In this document: positions 25,825 to 38,569 of the stretch, piece after piece | Layout: every line of letters begins with the position of its first letter | Numbering within the stretch: the first letter of the stretch is position 1 | Source: Vicugna vicugna | Lineage: Eukaryota | Length of the DNA stretch: 64,000 nucleotides | Reading direction: 5' to 3' | NCBI GenBank assembly: GCA_013265495.1 | Contig: MU058718.1 | Location: 2,999,779 to 3,063,778, forward strand | Program-made: the position numbers and the translations under genes | Notes under the pieces: generated by a model | Database searches by the model: none | What the model was told of the DNA's origin: nothing | Seen by the model: the letters and a program-made list of their open reading frames with translations, nothing else

Positions 25825-26180
25825 TTTAATCATTTACTCATTTATTGACAAATTGTTGTTGAGCAATGACTATGTGATCAGATGTAACAGATGCAGGGAA
25901 CCAGTGGAGATCAGGGTCCTTACCTTCATGGAGCTTATGGTCTAATGTAGACAAAAAAAACACATTCTAGTGAGAAGTTGTACACTGGGAGTGCAAGGCA
26001 TTATGAAAGTTGGGGGCTGAGATGTGGTCTAATGATTATTTTTATTTTGATGGTTGGGATGTGCCACAGGAGTGGAGCGAGATGCGGATGGAGAGGTGTT
26101 CGGGGGTAATACCATGAAGAACTTCTCAGGACCAAAGGTAAAGAAATCTGTTCTTGATTTTGAGGGTACTCTGTGGTGTA
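25825..26180 (-). mobile_element. L2 remnant
   Basis: catttactcatttattgacaaattgttgttgagc...ccttaccttcatggagcttatggtcta. Confidence 0.6.
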
Positions 26181-26649
26181 AGGCTTAACCGTCAGATCTC
26201 AAGGACTAACCCAGGGAGGGGAACTGGGTGGTCATTTTTTTTAAATGATATAAATATATGAAGAAAATTCAACTGAGCATATTAATTGGAAGGTCCCTCC
26301 TCCCTTATGTTGTCACAAGAGGTGAAGGACTGTCCCTGCCTAGAATGGGGCATTTTCCAAAGAGAACAGAATATCTTCAGGCCTTCCTAGCTCCCCTTCT
26401 GCATTCAAGCCAACCCTGGGGCAGCCTGTATGCTTGCTATGGGTGAGGTTTCATAAAGCTGTAAAGAAGAAAAGGAAACCTATCATTTATTAGCATCCTG
26501 GAGCCACGTGCAAATTCCTCAGCCTGGTCTTCAAGGTCATCCAACCTCTTCCACCTAAACTCATACTACTCCCCTGCGTGGATCCTCCCTTCCAGCCAAA
26601 CAAGTCTCAGAACATGCTTTAATACCTCTGATCTGTCCTTCTTTAAAGG

Positions 26650-26762
26650 CTTAAGCTCTCTTAGACTCAATTTCCTCCCCCATAAACTGGGGACAATAAT
26701 ACCTTATGTAGGAGGTTATACAGGTGATGTGTCTGAAAGTACCTAGCACAGTGCCTGGCAGG
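26650..26762 (+). mobile_element. MIR SINE interrupted by an L1 tail
   Basis: ctcaatttcctccccataaactggggacaataatacc...cctagcacagtgcctggca. Confidence 0.8.
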
Positions 26763-26769
26763 AAAACAT

Positions 26770-26906
26770 ATTCAATATCTTGTAGTAACTTGTAATGAAA
26801 AAGAAAATGAAAATGAATATATGTATAAGAAACATGAAAGGACATGCTGTACACCAGAAACTGACACATTGTAACGGACCATACTGCAATTAAAAACAAC
26901 AACAAC
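26770..26906 (+). mobile_element. Young L1 3' end (about 137 bp) with (AAC)n tail
   Basis: attcaatatcttgtagtaac...tgctgtacaccagaaactgacacattgtaa; TSD aaaacat at 26763-26769 and 26907-26913. Confidence 0.9.
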
Positions 26907-27464
26907 AAAACATCATTAAACAAACATGAGCAATTGCCAAACTCAAGTTCTAGATCCTCGTCCACATGTCACAAATGTCAATACTCCAAGGTTTTCAGGG
27001 CTGGGCATGAGATGAGTGGTGAGACCTGGAGCACATTGGGAAGGGCATGCCCTGCTTAGAGGCAATGAACATGCAAAGAGACAAAAATGAAAACAAACAC
27101 AAATACATGCCCGTGTCCTCATTTGGCTTAAGCCCACCACCTGGGGATCCCGCTGACTTTTGCCTCCTTATGTTATGTTAGGTTATAAATATCCATCCCC
27201 AGGAAATTCTTTTTCATCCACCCTATGTGAACTTATTTTTCACTTACTTCACATTCTCCATGGTGTGATTGATATTTCAGTGTAAATGTTTTGAGTCTCA
27301 GGATTATTACAAGAATTAAATCAAGCTACATATGTAAAACCTAGGGCATGGCATATGTATTATTAACAGTGATAATGATGATCTTGTAACTGTTTTAAAT
27401 TAAGAGACTAAATCTCTAAGAGTTCCAGGAATCTCTTTCCTGTTTGTTGACTTAGTGAAGAGCA

Positions 27465-27735
27465 ATAATAGCAATAATAATGGCTACTATTACTATTCGA
27501 TTCAGTGATTAACCACATGACAGAATTTGCTCTAAGGGCTCCATATGCCTTGCTTGATTTCACTTGTGATAACCCTCGAGGTAGGCTCTGTTAGTATCAT
27601 ACCAATTGTAGAGCTGAGGAAACTGAGGCATGAAAAGGTAAGTATCTAAGCCAAGTTACATAGTTGGGAAGCGGCAGAGTCAGGATCCGAGCCAGTTGGG
27701 CTGGCCCCACGGCACGTGTACTAAACCACAGCCCT
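27465..27735 (-). mobile_element. MIR SINE
   Basis: ctgaggaaactgaggcatgaaaaggtaagtatctaagccaagttacatag. Confidence 0.8.
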
Positions 27736-27744
27736 GTGCTCACT

Positions 27745-28020
27745 CTGACCAACTTCCATTCATCCTCGAAGGCCCAGCTCACGTGTTACCTACTCTGTAA
27801 CCTTCCACACAGAATTAGTTGAGTTACTCCATCTTCTGGACCCCCACAGCACTTTGAATATACCTCCCCTATAGCAATGATCACGATGAACATTATTGTT
27901 CTATATGTGTATTTATCTGTATGTGAGTTCCTTCAGGAAGAATCTGCAAGTTACTCACTGTTATATACTTAGCACAGGGCTTGGCACATATTTGATAGAC
28001 AAAAATATGTGTTGAGATTT
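27745..28020 (+). mobile_element. L2 3' remnant
   Basis: ttcatcctcgaaggcccagctcacgtgttacctactctgt...ttagcacagggcttggcacata. Confidence 0.7.
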
Positions 28021-29636
28021 AATTGAACTAGTAGGACCTCAGTTAAATTTGATGTTCATGATGAGAGTGGCTATGAGAGATGGAACACGGATGAATGGAA
28101 ATTTCAAATGATAAGAACCACGGTGCTAAGCTATTGACTGTCTCTACCAGGGGTTTTGTATTATTTGTTGTTCTTTTCTGGGCTGGAGTAGCTAAAATGA
28201 CTCCGATCTAAGATGCCTCATTAAACCAGAAGCCACAAATATTTTTTAGCGACATGTCTTTCCAACCCATACCTTCTGAGAAGTATTGGTTCATGGCAGA
28301 TATGATCTGTGAAAGCCACAGAAGAAACAAAGGCTGTGCTGAAACCTAGGCTACTTAACAACAATTGTTAGTATTTCACCAGAGCTTACAAAACAAGCCA
28401 AAAGAACGACTGAAGGAGGCTCAGCTCCACCCCAACGTGAGCCAAGGATCCATAAGAGTGCCTTCTGTGGTGCTTAAAGTGAATAATCCTCCCCCTTCCA
28501 TTATTTCATCTAAATCTTGCAACAGCTCAAAGGAGTAGGCAGGAGAAGCTCAGAGGAAGGAAGAGACTTGCCTAACGTACATGGCCAGTGACAGATGGAG
28601 TCAGGATGAGGACCTGTTTTCCATACGACATGTACACAACATGCCAGACAGGATGGTCAGAGTCGCTATTCAGTATGGGAGGTTCCTGTCTGCAGTGCCC
28701 AGATCCAGACAATGAAGACAGGAAAGGGTTATGAAGACAGGGAAGGCTTTTGTAGCTGATGGAAAATGGAAACCCTGAGGACTGGGCCAAGGGACAATCT
28801 GTTGAGGGTCAAAGAGAAGACGGAGGACATGAGTTAAGGGCTGGAAGGGCGTACTGGGTGGCACACACTTATGGAGACCAAAAAAGCTCCTGTCACAGAA
28901 GGAGGTCATGTGTTGAATTTTAAAGGATAAAGATATTTCAAAGAAAGAGATGCAATAGGCATGTGTGAGGCTAGAAGACAGAGGAATTTTCAGTTGGTGT
29001 GAATGGTCTTGGCAAACTACATTCGTGTTCATGTATGTGTTTTAAAGAACCCTTCTTTCTCTATGCTGTCATGATCTCACTAAGAGATACATCTGCTTCC
29101 TATGCCTGTGATCCCCATCGCAGTTCCCTGTTTCCACCTGTACTAGGTTTGCTGTCCGTACTACAGAAAGGTGGAGAAATCCACAATCAGGAAGTGATTT
29201 GAAAGTCATCTTTGATGTTGGCACATAAACTAGATATGAGTTTCCATATCCCTTGTTCCTCTGGCTCTTGCAGACTCTGCAAGCCCTGGTCTTGGATACT
29301 GTTCCTACGAACTATTCTCCTGTGTCTTGATGCCAGGCTTGCCCTGATCTTTGGTGTGTTCTGACTCCCCCTTGTCTCCAGTCTGTGGACTGCTCCTCTC
29401 CCCACCGCTGACCACAGGGCTCAGGCTGGACTTGCTCTGGGTCATGGCCACATCTGCTTGTTGCCAGTTGCCTGGTGCTGACAGGGGTCTCCAATGAACA
29501 TCTACTTTCTTATAGAATGTGTAACCAGACCAGAAACAGTCTGAAGTAAGGTAGCATTTGCTCCATTTGGGAATAACCACTGATAGGGCATGGTCACAAA
29601 GATGCAGCTCATGTCCATGAGCTCTTACTGGTTGTA

Positions 29637-29656
29637 ACAGAGACAGAGACAGAGAC

Positions 29657-29715
<59 letters not shown>
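29637..29715. repeat. Compound (ACAGAG)n-(AG)n microsatellite
   Basis: Read directly; about 50 bp of pure AG. Confidence 0.95.
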
Positions 29716-29718
<3 letters not shown>

Positions 29719-31009
29719 AGAGAGCGTTAGTGCCCAGCATCTTCAAATGAAAAATGAGGCCAAAACATAGTGAATTCCCAAGTACAGCTAAAGGCACAGC
29801 AGTTTGGGCAGCTGAATCCCATTAAAAAAATCATGAGAAAGCTCTGTATTCCTGCCATTGTGGTGAAGAGGGAACACAAATCTCTGAGGGTTTCATAAAG
29901 AAAACACTCTGTGACCCAAAGTTCTGTAAAATCTTTAAGTTCTGTAAATCTGCTGAAAACTGAGAGTTTTGGGTCCCCCGTAAGTCCATGAAGGACATCT
30001 TCCTACAGCCCTCACCTCGGGAGGCCCCAGAAGGAAAATTCCACTCCCCTCAGCCTCAGCCAGGGATCGCCTGCAGTAGAAAGTCCAAGCCAGGCGGGCC
30101 CCTCCAGGTAATGCAAGACCAGAAGTCCTAATGCCCAAGGAGTGCAGACAAAGCTGCCTTTAAGAGTCAGAGCCAGTCTCTTAAAAAATCATTTCACCTC
30201 GTTAGATAAGGTTGAATCATTTAGCCTTAATTCTGTTCCTCCAAATTTTTACTTTAGACTGTCTCTGGATCTTAAAATTAAAATGTGAGCCATATTTTAA
30301 AATTAAATAATAAATCAAATCTTAAACATTAAAATTTGAGCCATTCTCAGCAATAAAGTAGAACTAATCAAAACGTTCCTGGTAGCCATTTGGGGTGACG
30401 GATGGGGTATCATCTCTCAAGGCCTAACAGAGCTATTTTTATATGCGCCATACTGTGACCAAAAGACTCCAAATTGGTCTTGCATAAAAGCAACAGGTTT
30501 ACATTTCATTTTAGTAATACAAAATGCGTATAGATCTAAAAAAAGAGACCTTTTTCTAGGGTATTTTTAAAAGGCTCTGTGAATATCTGCGTTCTATTTT
30601 CACATATACACTGTTCTGTGCCTAGAATACTACGGGCCAGTAGAGTCCAGGGCACGTTCAGAAGAGGGAACTAGAGTGGCCTTGCAGTGAGGAAGAGCCT
30701 ACTGCACCTCTGAGTCTGACAAGACGGAGGCCGAAAGCAGAAAGGACTGGTGTTTACAAAACCATAAAGGACAGGGCAGGGCAGGCGCACCAGGACCTTC
30801 CTCAAGATTAGTCAAAGGTAGCTTTTGTATAAATAAAATAAACCATGAAGTCACACAGTGGCTAGTAATTCCATGGAAACTGTCATCCAAAGAGATGTTC
30901 CAATTAGAAAAGAATAGGTTGAAAAGATTGAGGAATTTAACAATAAATAAATATTGTGGGATTCTGGGAAAGTCTCACAGAAAGCAACCTTATCTTCTCC
31001 ACCCCTTGC

Positions 31010-31015
<6 letters not shown>

Positions 31016-31044
<29 letters not shown>
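31016..31044. repeat. (AC)14 microsatellite
   Basis: Read directly from the sequence. Confidence 0.9.
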
Positions 31045-31048
<4 letters not shown>

Positions 31049-33044
31049 GTACCTAGTTGTGATTTTAGAGCCAGGCTGCTTGATTAGAGAGATAGCCAGC
31101 CTGAGGTCTGATCCGTAAATGGTGGCTCTTTGCTTCTTTTGTGAGAGGGATGCGCTCATCCGCCCTCCACCTTGCCTCCTGTAAAGCCAGGGGGTCCACA
31201 CTCCTGAATTTAATAACTTGGATATAAAAAATAGGAGACACGGGGGTCATCACTGTAACCTGAATACAAAAGAGCAGCGTGAGGCTGGCTCAGCCGAACC
31301 CTCACGGGAATGCGGGACGCCACCAGAATTTCATTAACACAGCTTGAGACGCCTGATGCACAGTTCTGGTCTATGGCCTCCCTGAGATCTGGCGCCTCAC
31401 ACGGTTTCCTTTTTTGTAAAGTCCTTGAGAAGAGTAGCAAATGGATGAGGGAGGCGACTATTCCTGGAATATCTACTTTACCTCAAGACACTTCCTCTAC
31501 CCCTTTTCCCCACTGTCCCCCTACCCTACAGGCAGAAGGGGCGAGAAAAGGCTCAGCAGGGCATCGGCATGAGATGATTCTGAGAGGGGGTCCCCTCACT
31601 GGCCTCTAACGCCTGCTTTCCCCCTAGTGAGTGCCTGGTTACCAGCAAGGGCACCTGAAGCAGCTGCTGAGAACACAGTGGGGTTTGAGTAGCCCGGAAC
31701 CCTCTCTCTGGACTCCCTGGTCTGTCTCTGCTAGAATCCTCTCCACAGAACAAATCTTCCTCAGACACAAAAGAGGGAAACAACCTTATTTGTAAATTCC
31801 ATCTGTGTCCATAATAAAAGCAAGGGCCAGCGTCCAGGTAGAGTTTCTTATCTTAGATAATTATTTGTGTGTGTGGCGGGAGGAGGGAGGGGGAGGGAGG
31901 TATGGCTATGGAAGAATCATATGAAATAATTTAAGAATATAAAGAAAATGAGCCTCCTTTCTCTCTCCCAAAAATTTACTACTACATTTCAAATGGGTCT
32001 ATAAGCCTTTGACTCTTCAAGTGTGTATTGAAACAGAACAAAAGGACTCGTCTGAGGGAGACAGCATTTAGTTTACCTAGTCCATGGAAAGTAAAAATTC
32101 TTTGAAATCAAAGTGTTCCCTTTAAGGACTTTGTGTTCTGAATTCAACTATGTTCTCTTCTCAACCACCTTGGGCATTTGTTTTCAATAAGTCTTTGCAA
32201 AGTAAACAATTCAACAAAGGACCTCAAAACTGTGCTTCTGACCAGCAAAATAAGTACAGATTCCAGATGTTTCTCATTTCTCCGTGTCACTAATTCAAAC
32301 TCAGAAATCTCTTGTTTATTGGACATTTACGTAATCCTAATGTTTCACATACCTCTCTTCCAAGAATCTCCTCTCCTGTTTCTGTATCCTTTCTCTTGCC
32401 AAAGCCATCTATGGGGTAATTTGTCATAGATGGAACAGGACCCTTCTAGTATATTCTCTCTAAGAAATATTTAAACTTATGCCCAAATAAGATGTTATAA
32501 TCATATATTACTTTTATCTGTTTATGTTAGCATTTAATGAAAAGTTAGGAAAATTCCCTTTCCTGAAATCTTTAAAGATTGGACACCAGCTTTGCTTTAT
32601 AAGTTGAACAGAGCTTAGGGAGGTAAATCACATTCAAGGTCTTCTTCAGGTCCTTTGATCTTCTGATGCCTGCACTTGGGTCCTCCAGCTGGACTTGTGG
32701 TTTTGCTCCAAGGGCTGGTGGGCATTAGAGGAATAGCAGAAGCTATTCTGTGCTCTCCTAGCCCTACAGGTGGGCTATGGAATGATGGACTTCCACACTT
32801 AATCGTGTCCCTAATTCTACCTGGTTCCGTGCTAGAGTCCCAGCACTGGCCAAGGAACTAGAACAGAGAACGGGGAGCAGACAACCATAGCAACACATCT
32901 TCATAGAAAATATAACCTAGTTGTGGTGAAATCGGGCAAGCGAGAGACACTTGCTCTCTTCCCTGTGTGCCTACTTTTAATAGGAGGAGGTCTGAGGTGA
33001 CATTTGTGAATTTACAATTCTATTAATAAAATTACCTTTAATCC

Positions 33045-33170
33045 TGGCTGAGATTTATTGAGCCAGGCACTCTGCTAATTGCTGCTGGATGATCTTCATT
33101 ATCATTACAACTATAGTAATAAGTAGATGCTATTACCTCCATTTTACAAATGAGGAAACTGAGCCTTAGA
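33045..33170 (-). mobile_element. MIR SINE
   Basis: tattacctccattttacaaatgaggaaactgag. Confidence 0.8.
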
Positions 33171-33938
33171 CTCGGATGCCTACTTACTGAAGAAACACGC
33201 ATGCTATAGAGAAGAAATCATGCATATCTTTGCAGATGAGGGGTATCTTAAACAAACGCATTATGTGGGTAGCAGTTGGCAATTATTTCAGAATGACAGC
33301 AACCGCAGACATATTCTTTTTAGGTTTAGTGGATAATTCATAAGTATTCCCAAAACACCAAATTACAGGAAGGCTGGACATGAAATGGCTGCTGGACAGC
33401 TATCTAGAGATAATGGATAATGTATGGATCTCAAACATATTCTAAACTACAGAGGACATGAGCTCCTTTGGGACAACACAATCCTTTGCAAATGACTCCA
33501 GGGGTGACAAGTTAACACTTCCAGCCCACACGAAAATGTTAACACTCCTTGTAAAGAGAACGTCCTCTGGATTTCAGGTATAAAAAGCAACCGTCACAGA
33601 CAACAGGCACCCTTTTACAGCTGTGTCTTCTGTGACTTACAGAAGCTTTCCTCCTCAAAGTGAAGAAAGGAGTTACATCAATTACTCAATCGACAACTTC
33701 TGCTGAATACTTAGTTTTGATGGAGTCCCCTTTAAGTTGTCATAAAGACCGTATGTTTGTAATGAAGTATGATTTTGTGAAGCAGACTTTGGCTTGCTGA
33801 ATGAAGAATGAACAAACCTGCAGGAAGGAGGAAAAGGCAATGGAGAAAAGAAAGGAAGAAGAGATATCAAATCCATCAGACTCCATCCATCCAGAGGAGA
33901 CAGTTTCTGTTCCTTTGGTTCATGAAGCTTCTCTAAAA

Positions 33939-34078
33939 CAGCAGTTCTCGAGCTTGTGCATCAGAATCACCTGCAAGGTTTGTTAAAGCCTCAGAAAGGG
34001 CCTGAGAATTTGTCCTGCTAACAAGTTCCCCAGGTGTGCTGACGCTGTTGGTCTGGGGACCACACTTTCAGACCACTG
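33939..34078 (+). mobile_element. MER5A hAT-Charlie MITE
   Basis: cagcagttctc...gcatcagaatcacctg...ctaacaagttccccaggtg...ggaccacacttt...ccactg; 8-bp flanks ctctaaaa/ctctgcaa. Confidence 0.88.
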
Positions 34079-34328
34079 CTCTGCAATGGCTGGGGAGCCT
34101 GTTGGACTCTTCCCAGTTTACACTGCAGATATTTGTCCAAAGCTGACACTATGTTTGGATTTTCTAAACTTGGATTCTTTTGAAGTGAGCTTTACAGGTT
34201 CACACTTAGTACTTCTTACTTGATGAAATTTGGTAAGTTGCCAACCAGAAGCAGCTTTACGAGAAAAAAATAAAAGTGGATGGGAAGGCTTTTGAGAGAA
34301 GGGTAAGAGGCAATCAAGAAAGGAAATA

Positions 34329-34456
34329 CGGGGGGAGGGTACAGCTCCGTGCTAGAGCGCATGCTTAGCATGCACAAGGTCCTGGGTTCAAACCCCAGTA
34401 TCTCCATCAAATAAATAACTAAACCTAATTACCTCCCCCCAAAGCTTTTTACAACA
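34329..34456 (+). mobile_element. tRNA-Ala-derived camelid SINE (Vic-1 type)
   Basis: ggggagggtacagctccgtgctagagcgcatgcttagcatgcacaaggtcctgggttcaaacccc, A-rich tail, perfect 13-bp TSD aagaaaggaaata (34316-34328 / 34457-34469). Confidence 0.92.
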
Positions 34457-35522
34457 AAGAAAGGAAATAAAAATTACTCTATCATTATAATTAATATTCA
34501 CTTTGCACAGAGTAAATACCATTATCCCAAAGATATATGAGTTGTATTTTCTATATCACTTTTTATTAGCAACTTAAATTTGCAGATGAAGAAGACACAA
34601 ATACATCAATACAGTGACTAGTAAAGATGGAAATTTCATGATTCAGCAATAAATTCCATTGAATAGAAGGTGACAATATCAGAGTTAGAACTAAACATCC
34701 TAAACAATGTTAATTAATGTTCATTTTGACCCAAGTATTGTTTAAGATAAGGCACTAATTTTAGTAGCCAAAGCATTACTTTTTTTTTCTTTTTTGCATT
34801 CTAAACTCTGTTTCCTAATGCAATGAAGTGGTATGTTTATTTGATGATTTATTTCTTTTTTTGGATTACCAAAAAATATGAGGTAATTATAAGCACTGTA
34901 AAGATGTGTCTGAGAGGCATGCGTGTGTGGTGTTTGTGAGGATAAGGCATATGGAAAGGGAATTTTCCAGTAAAAGCACTTTAAAAAAATTATACCACTA
35001 TTTACACGAGTAAGGGAGCAAATACAATGTTTTTCTTTGGTCAGGGAGTCAGTTCGCACGAGAGCTGGTCTCTGCACCTCTGCCTTTGTATTCCCCATCA
35101 TACCAAGTTCAAGGTTACTTAGGGATCCATTGGGGACCCATGCTTCTCCATCTTCTTCACTTACAAGTGTGCTGGCCAATTCTAACCAAACTCTACCCCT
35201 ACTCCCAGACACACTAATGGGCATCCTCGCACACGGGTCTGGCTCTTCTGGCTGCCTGCTCTTGGCAGCGTAGAGATAACTTGAATGTCTAGGACAATGC
35301 AAAACATTGCCTGCGGTGCTATTTCTCAGCCACCCCATCTTACTTCCATTTGGTCCAAAGGTAGTGGTCAGTCATTCCTGGAGCTTCGATACTTGCTTCA
35401 CTTCTCCCCTCCCTCCACATCCATTTCTGGATGAAGGCTGATTATGCTCATGCCTCTGCCCCTCCAAATCACTCTGATGGCTCAGAGAGTTCTGACTTGT
35501 GCATGCAAAACATGACTTGACC

Positions 35523-35614
35523 TTTTTTTTTTCCTAATGGAGGTACCGAGGATTGAGCCCAGGACTTTGTGCATGCTAAGCGTGCACTCTGCCACTGAGC
35601 TATTACCCTCCACC
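35523..35614 (-). mobile_element. tRNA-Ala-derived camelid SINE (short form)
   Basis: Reverse complement ggagggtaatagctcagtggcagagtgcacgcttagcatgcacaaagtcctgggctcaatcc plus poly-A; flanking ttgacctt repeats. Confidence 0.9.
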
Positions 35615-36347
35615 TAGTTTGACCTTCTTTAACTAGCCTACCATTATCTGAATGCCTAAATTGAGGGAAGTTTTCCTGCAGATGAGAGATGGCTCAGAAA
35701 GTGTTGCATTCAAAGTCAAGACTTGTAAAGGACCACATCACCTCCATTGGATTAGGACACATCCTACAATATTTTTATTCCAGAAGAGACATGATGAACA
35801 CATAGCCACTTTGCCAAGTGCTTTCTTCTTAAACATTTATGGCAAGCCACTGCCTCTCAGCTCAGCAGGGCAGGGTGCCCACAGACTCGAACTTGTCAGC
35901 CTGCCTAGGCTAGAAATTCAGGAACTTCAAGACACTAAGCTCATTTCTAGTAAAGCTATGCATTTGTGTGTCAGCAAAGATTATTCTCTTTTTCCTTTAT
36001 TGAAAAAAATCTCAACTACATTTACTGAGCTTTGAGTTTGGCATAAAAGAGGTACAAGAAATGATTCTTGCCCTGGAAATGTTTATAATGAAATTTAAAT
36101 GCAGGAATGAAGTCTGCACATGAGATACTAGAAACACTGAAAAAATGAGCAGAATTAAGCAAGAACCGTGCAGTGCAGACTGTGCAGATGTATGGTGTCA
36201 GAGAGCTGGGGACAGCTTCAGGAAAGAAGTGATTAAGATAAAGATTAAAGGATGCATATGATTTGTATAAAAAGATGGGTGGTCTTTTATTTATAAAATA
36301 AATGCACTAGTTTACACAGTACCACTCACTAAATATCACTGGAAAGG

Positions 36348-36708
36348 TCTGGAAATCTCAAACTGGTAACCAATGGGCCAAATAACTGTTTCATTCTACC
36401 AACATTTGCAGTGTTTTAAAACATGTGAATTAGCTGCCAACATTAATAAGTTGGAAGATTTTACATTAAAATGTATCATTTATATTCTCCCTTAAAAAAA
36501 ACTGGAGAGTCTATCAGAACCTGGCCTACATTTCTGCATGGTAACCATGAACTAGAGCTGAGTGACACCCACCCACACTGCACGGGGCTCTAGCCCCGTC
36601 CAGTCTCCACCATCCAGACGGATTCCTATTGCTTCTCTCAACTAACCTGCTTTTGCTCATGGGTATCACCTACTTGGCGCCAGTGGGCATTTGAGCTTGT
36701 GAACCCTG
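36348..36708 (+). mobile_element. MER102-like hAT-Charlie element
   Basis: gaagattttacattaaaat...ctagagctgagtg...ggcatttgagcttgtgaaccctg. Confidence 0.7.
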
Positions 36709-38343
36709 CTATACATTATCAGCGCCTCCTGCACAGGGGGCTGTGACAAATGCTCCACTCCAACCAATTCAATCAAAACAAGTGATCCTGCCCTCTCAGC
36801 CTTGCAAGGCAAAGCAACTTACACACAGAAGGATACCTTCTAAAATATTATTCTCAGTCTAGAGAGAAAAATATCCTGGGCAACACATACAAAGAGTTGG
36901 GCTTTGGTTCTGCAAGTACTTTGGAGATCAAGATGCAAAATGCACATTCCACAGCAGGGATTGCCAGGCTGTGTTTGCATAGGAAGGACGGGTGCCTCAT
37001 TAACTCTTTCAGTTCACTTAATGCAGGAACATCCATGTGAAGCAAATTTTACGTATGAAAATTTGGATTGCTGTAGTAGATAAATTGGATTATTCTATTT
37101 TTCAGAAAATTTACCTACTTTATGTAAAAGAGTTGTTCTTATATATTTGAAATCTAGTCAAATCTACCTGTAAAGTAGCCCTGTATGTCCTATAAAGTGA
37201 GAAAAATCTGTGTGAATATTTATTGTGGACAATCAGCTCCTACTGCATGACTGAGGAAGTGTATGGAGCATCCAAACGACCAGCCTGTTAGACTTGGGAT
37301 GAGTTTCATGCTGGTATTGGAATAGTCATTCATTCGTTCATTTATTTAGCCCAATGGGTTTTGTCTTGGCCCTTCTGTTAACCAGCTCTGTGAACTTGGG
37401 TAGATCCATTCACCTCTGCTGGTTTTGGTTCTTCAAATGAAGACATCATATTAAATTATCTCCAAGTTTCCTAAAGACGAAAACAGGCCAAGGTTTGAGA
37501 TAAGGTGCCTAGGATAAAGGGAGACCATTCGTTCTGACTTTGAGATTGATCTGCAGGGCTTTGACTTTGGACATTCAATGTGCACACCAGTGCTGGCCTG
37601 ACATTCAGCTTGCAGCCACCAGTAACACTACTCTGGTTTTCCACATCCACTTTCCCTTCTGACTGGTCCTGTAGTCCACTGGTAGATTCCCATGGCTGTT
37701 AAATACTTTGTCATCTCTGCTCATGATCCCCTAAGAAGCTTTCATTCTCTTTTTAGTTCTAATTTCCCCCTCCAGCTTAGAGGCTGAGACTTCACCGTCT
37801 CTGTTCTGGGACATTGAAAGAACAGGGGCCAACTTGTAACACCCCTTAAAAGAAAATACTGCATGATATTTGAGTTGCTCACTGTTTTAAGAAACAGGGA
37901 AAGGAAGTCCTGTGCTTTTTCTTTTCCTCTTTTCAAAGTTTACCTTGTCTTAACAGAGCACAGAGGGAGATTCTATTATAAAATTGTATTGGGGGAAGAG
38001 AGCATGAAAGGAGAGGTTTTTTTGTTTTTGGTTTTCTTTTAGCTGAATAAGGGCCTATTATTTAGAGCAGAAGTCAGTCCCTGGAAGGCCCTGGGCAGCT
38101 GCTGGCTGTGCTAGCCTACCTGGCCCCACAGACTTTTACTTTTACTCTTTTTTTCCCCAAAAATAATAGATTATAATATGTTCAAAACATAAATAAATAT
38201 ATTCAGTTATAGTTGTAATATATTCAAAACGTAAATAAATTCTCCAAATTTCTACCTACCAGTTAACATTTTGATATATATACTTCCAGCAAATATAAAC
38301 ATGTATATTATGTACAGTTTAAAAAAAGAGATTATAAAAAAAT

Positions 38344-38550
38344 GGTAAAGGGGGCAATATATGAGTAGGGGATTAAGAGGTACAAATTATTATGTATAAA
38401 ATAAACTACAAGGATATATTGCACAATGCAGGGAATGGAGCCAATATTTTATAATAACTATAAATGAAGTATAACCTTTAAAATTTGTAAATCACTATAT
38501 TATATACCTATAACTTATATAATATTGTACATCAACTATACTTCAATAAA
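38344..38550 (+). mobile_element. L1 3' UTR fragment (older cetartiodactyl-type) within an AT-rich old L1 remnant
   Basis: gattaagaggtacaaattattatgtataaaataaactacaaggatatattg...atcaactatacttcaataaaa; approximate flanking repeat attataa..aaaatg. Confidence 0.85.
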
Positions 38551-38569
38551 AATTATAATTAAAATGTAA

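Noticed and set aside
34329..34406. tRNA-Ala(AGC) gene (also 35535-35614)
   Set aside because: Mismatched stems, A-rich tail and TSDs identify these as SINE copies
34742..35338. Longest ORF in the track (198 aa, minus strand)
   Set aside because: No recognisable domain, runs into AT-rich low-complexity sequence, and is within chance expectation for six frames over 64 kb
38171..38240. 28-bp imperfect direct repeat; similar short duplications at 29919-29951 and 18212-18233
   Set aside because: Ordinary slippage duplications in AT-rich or repeat-derived DNA
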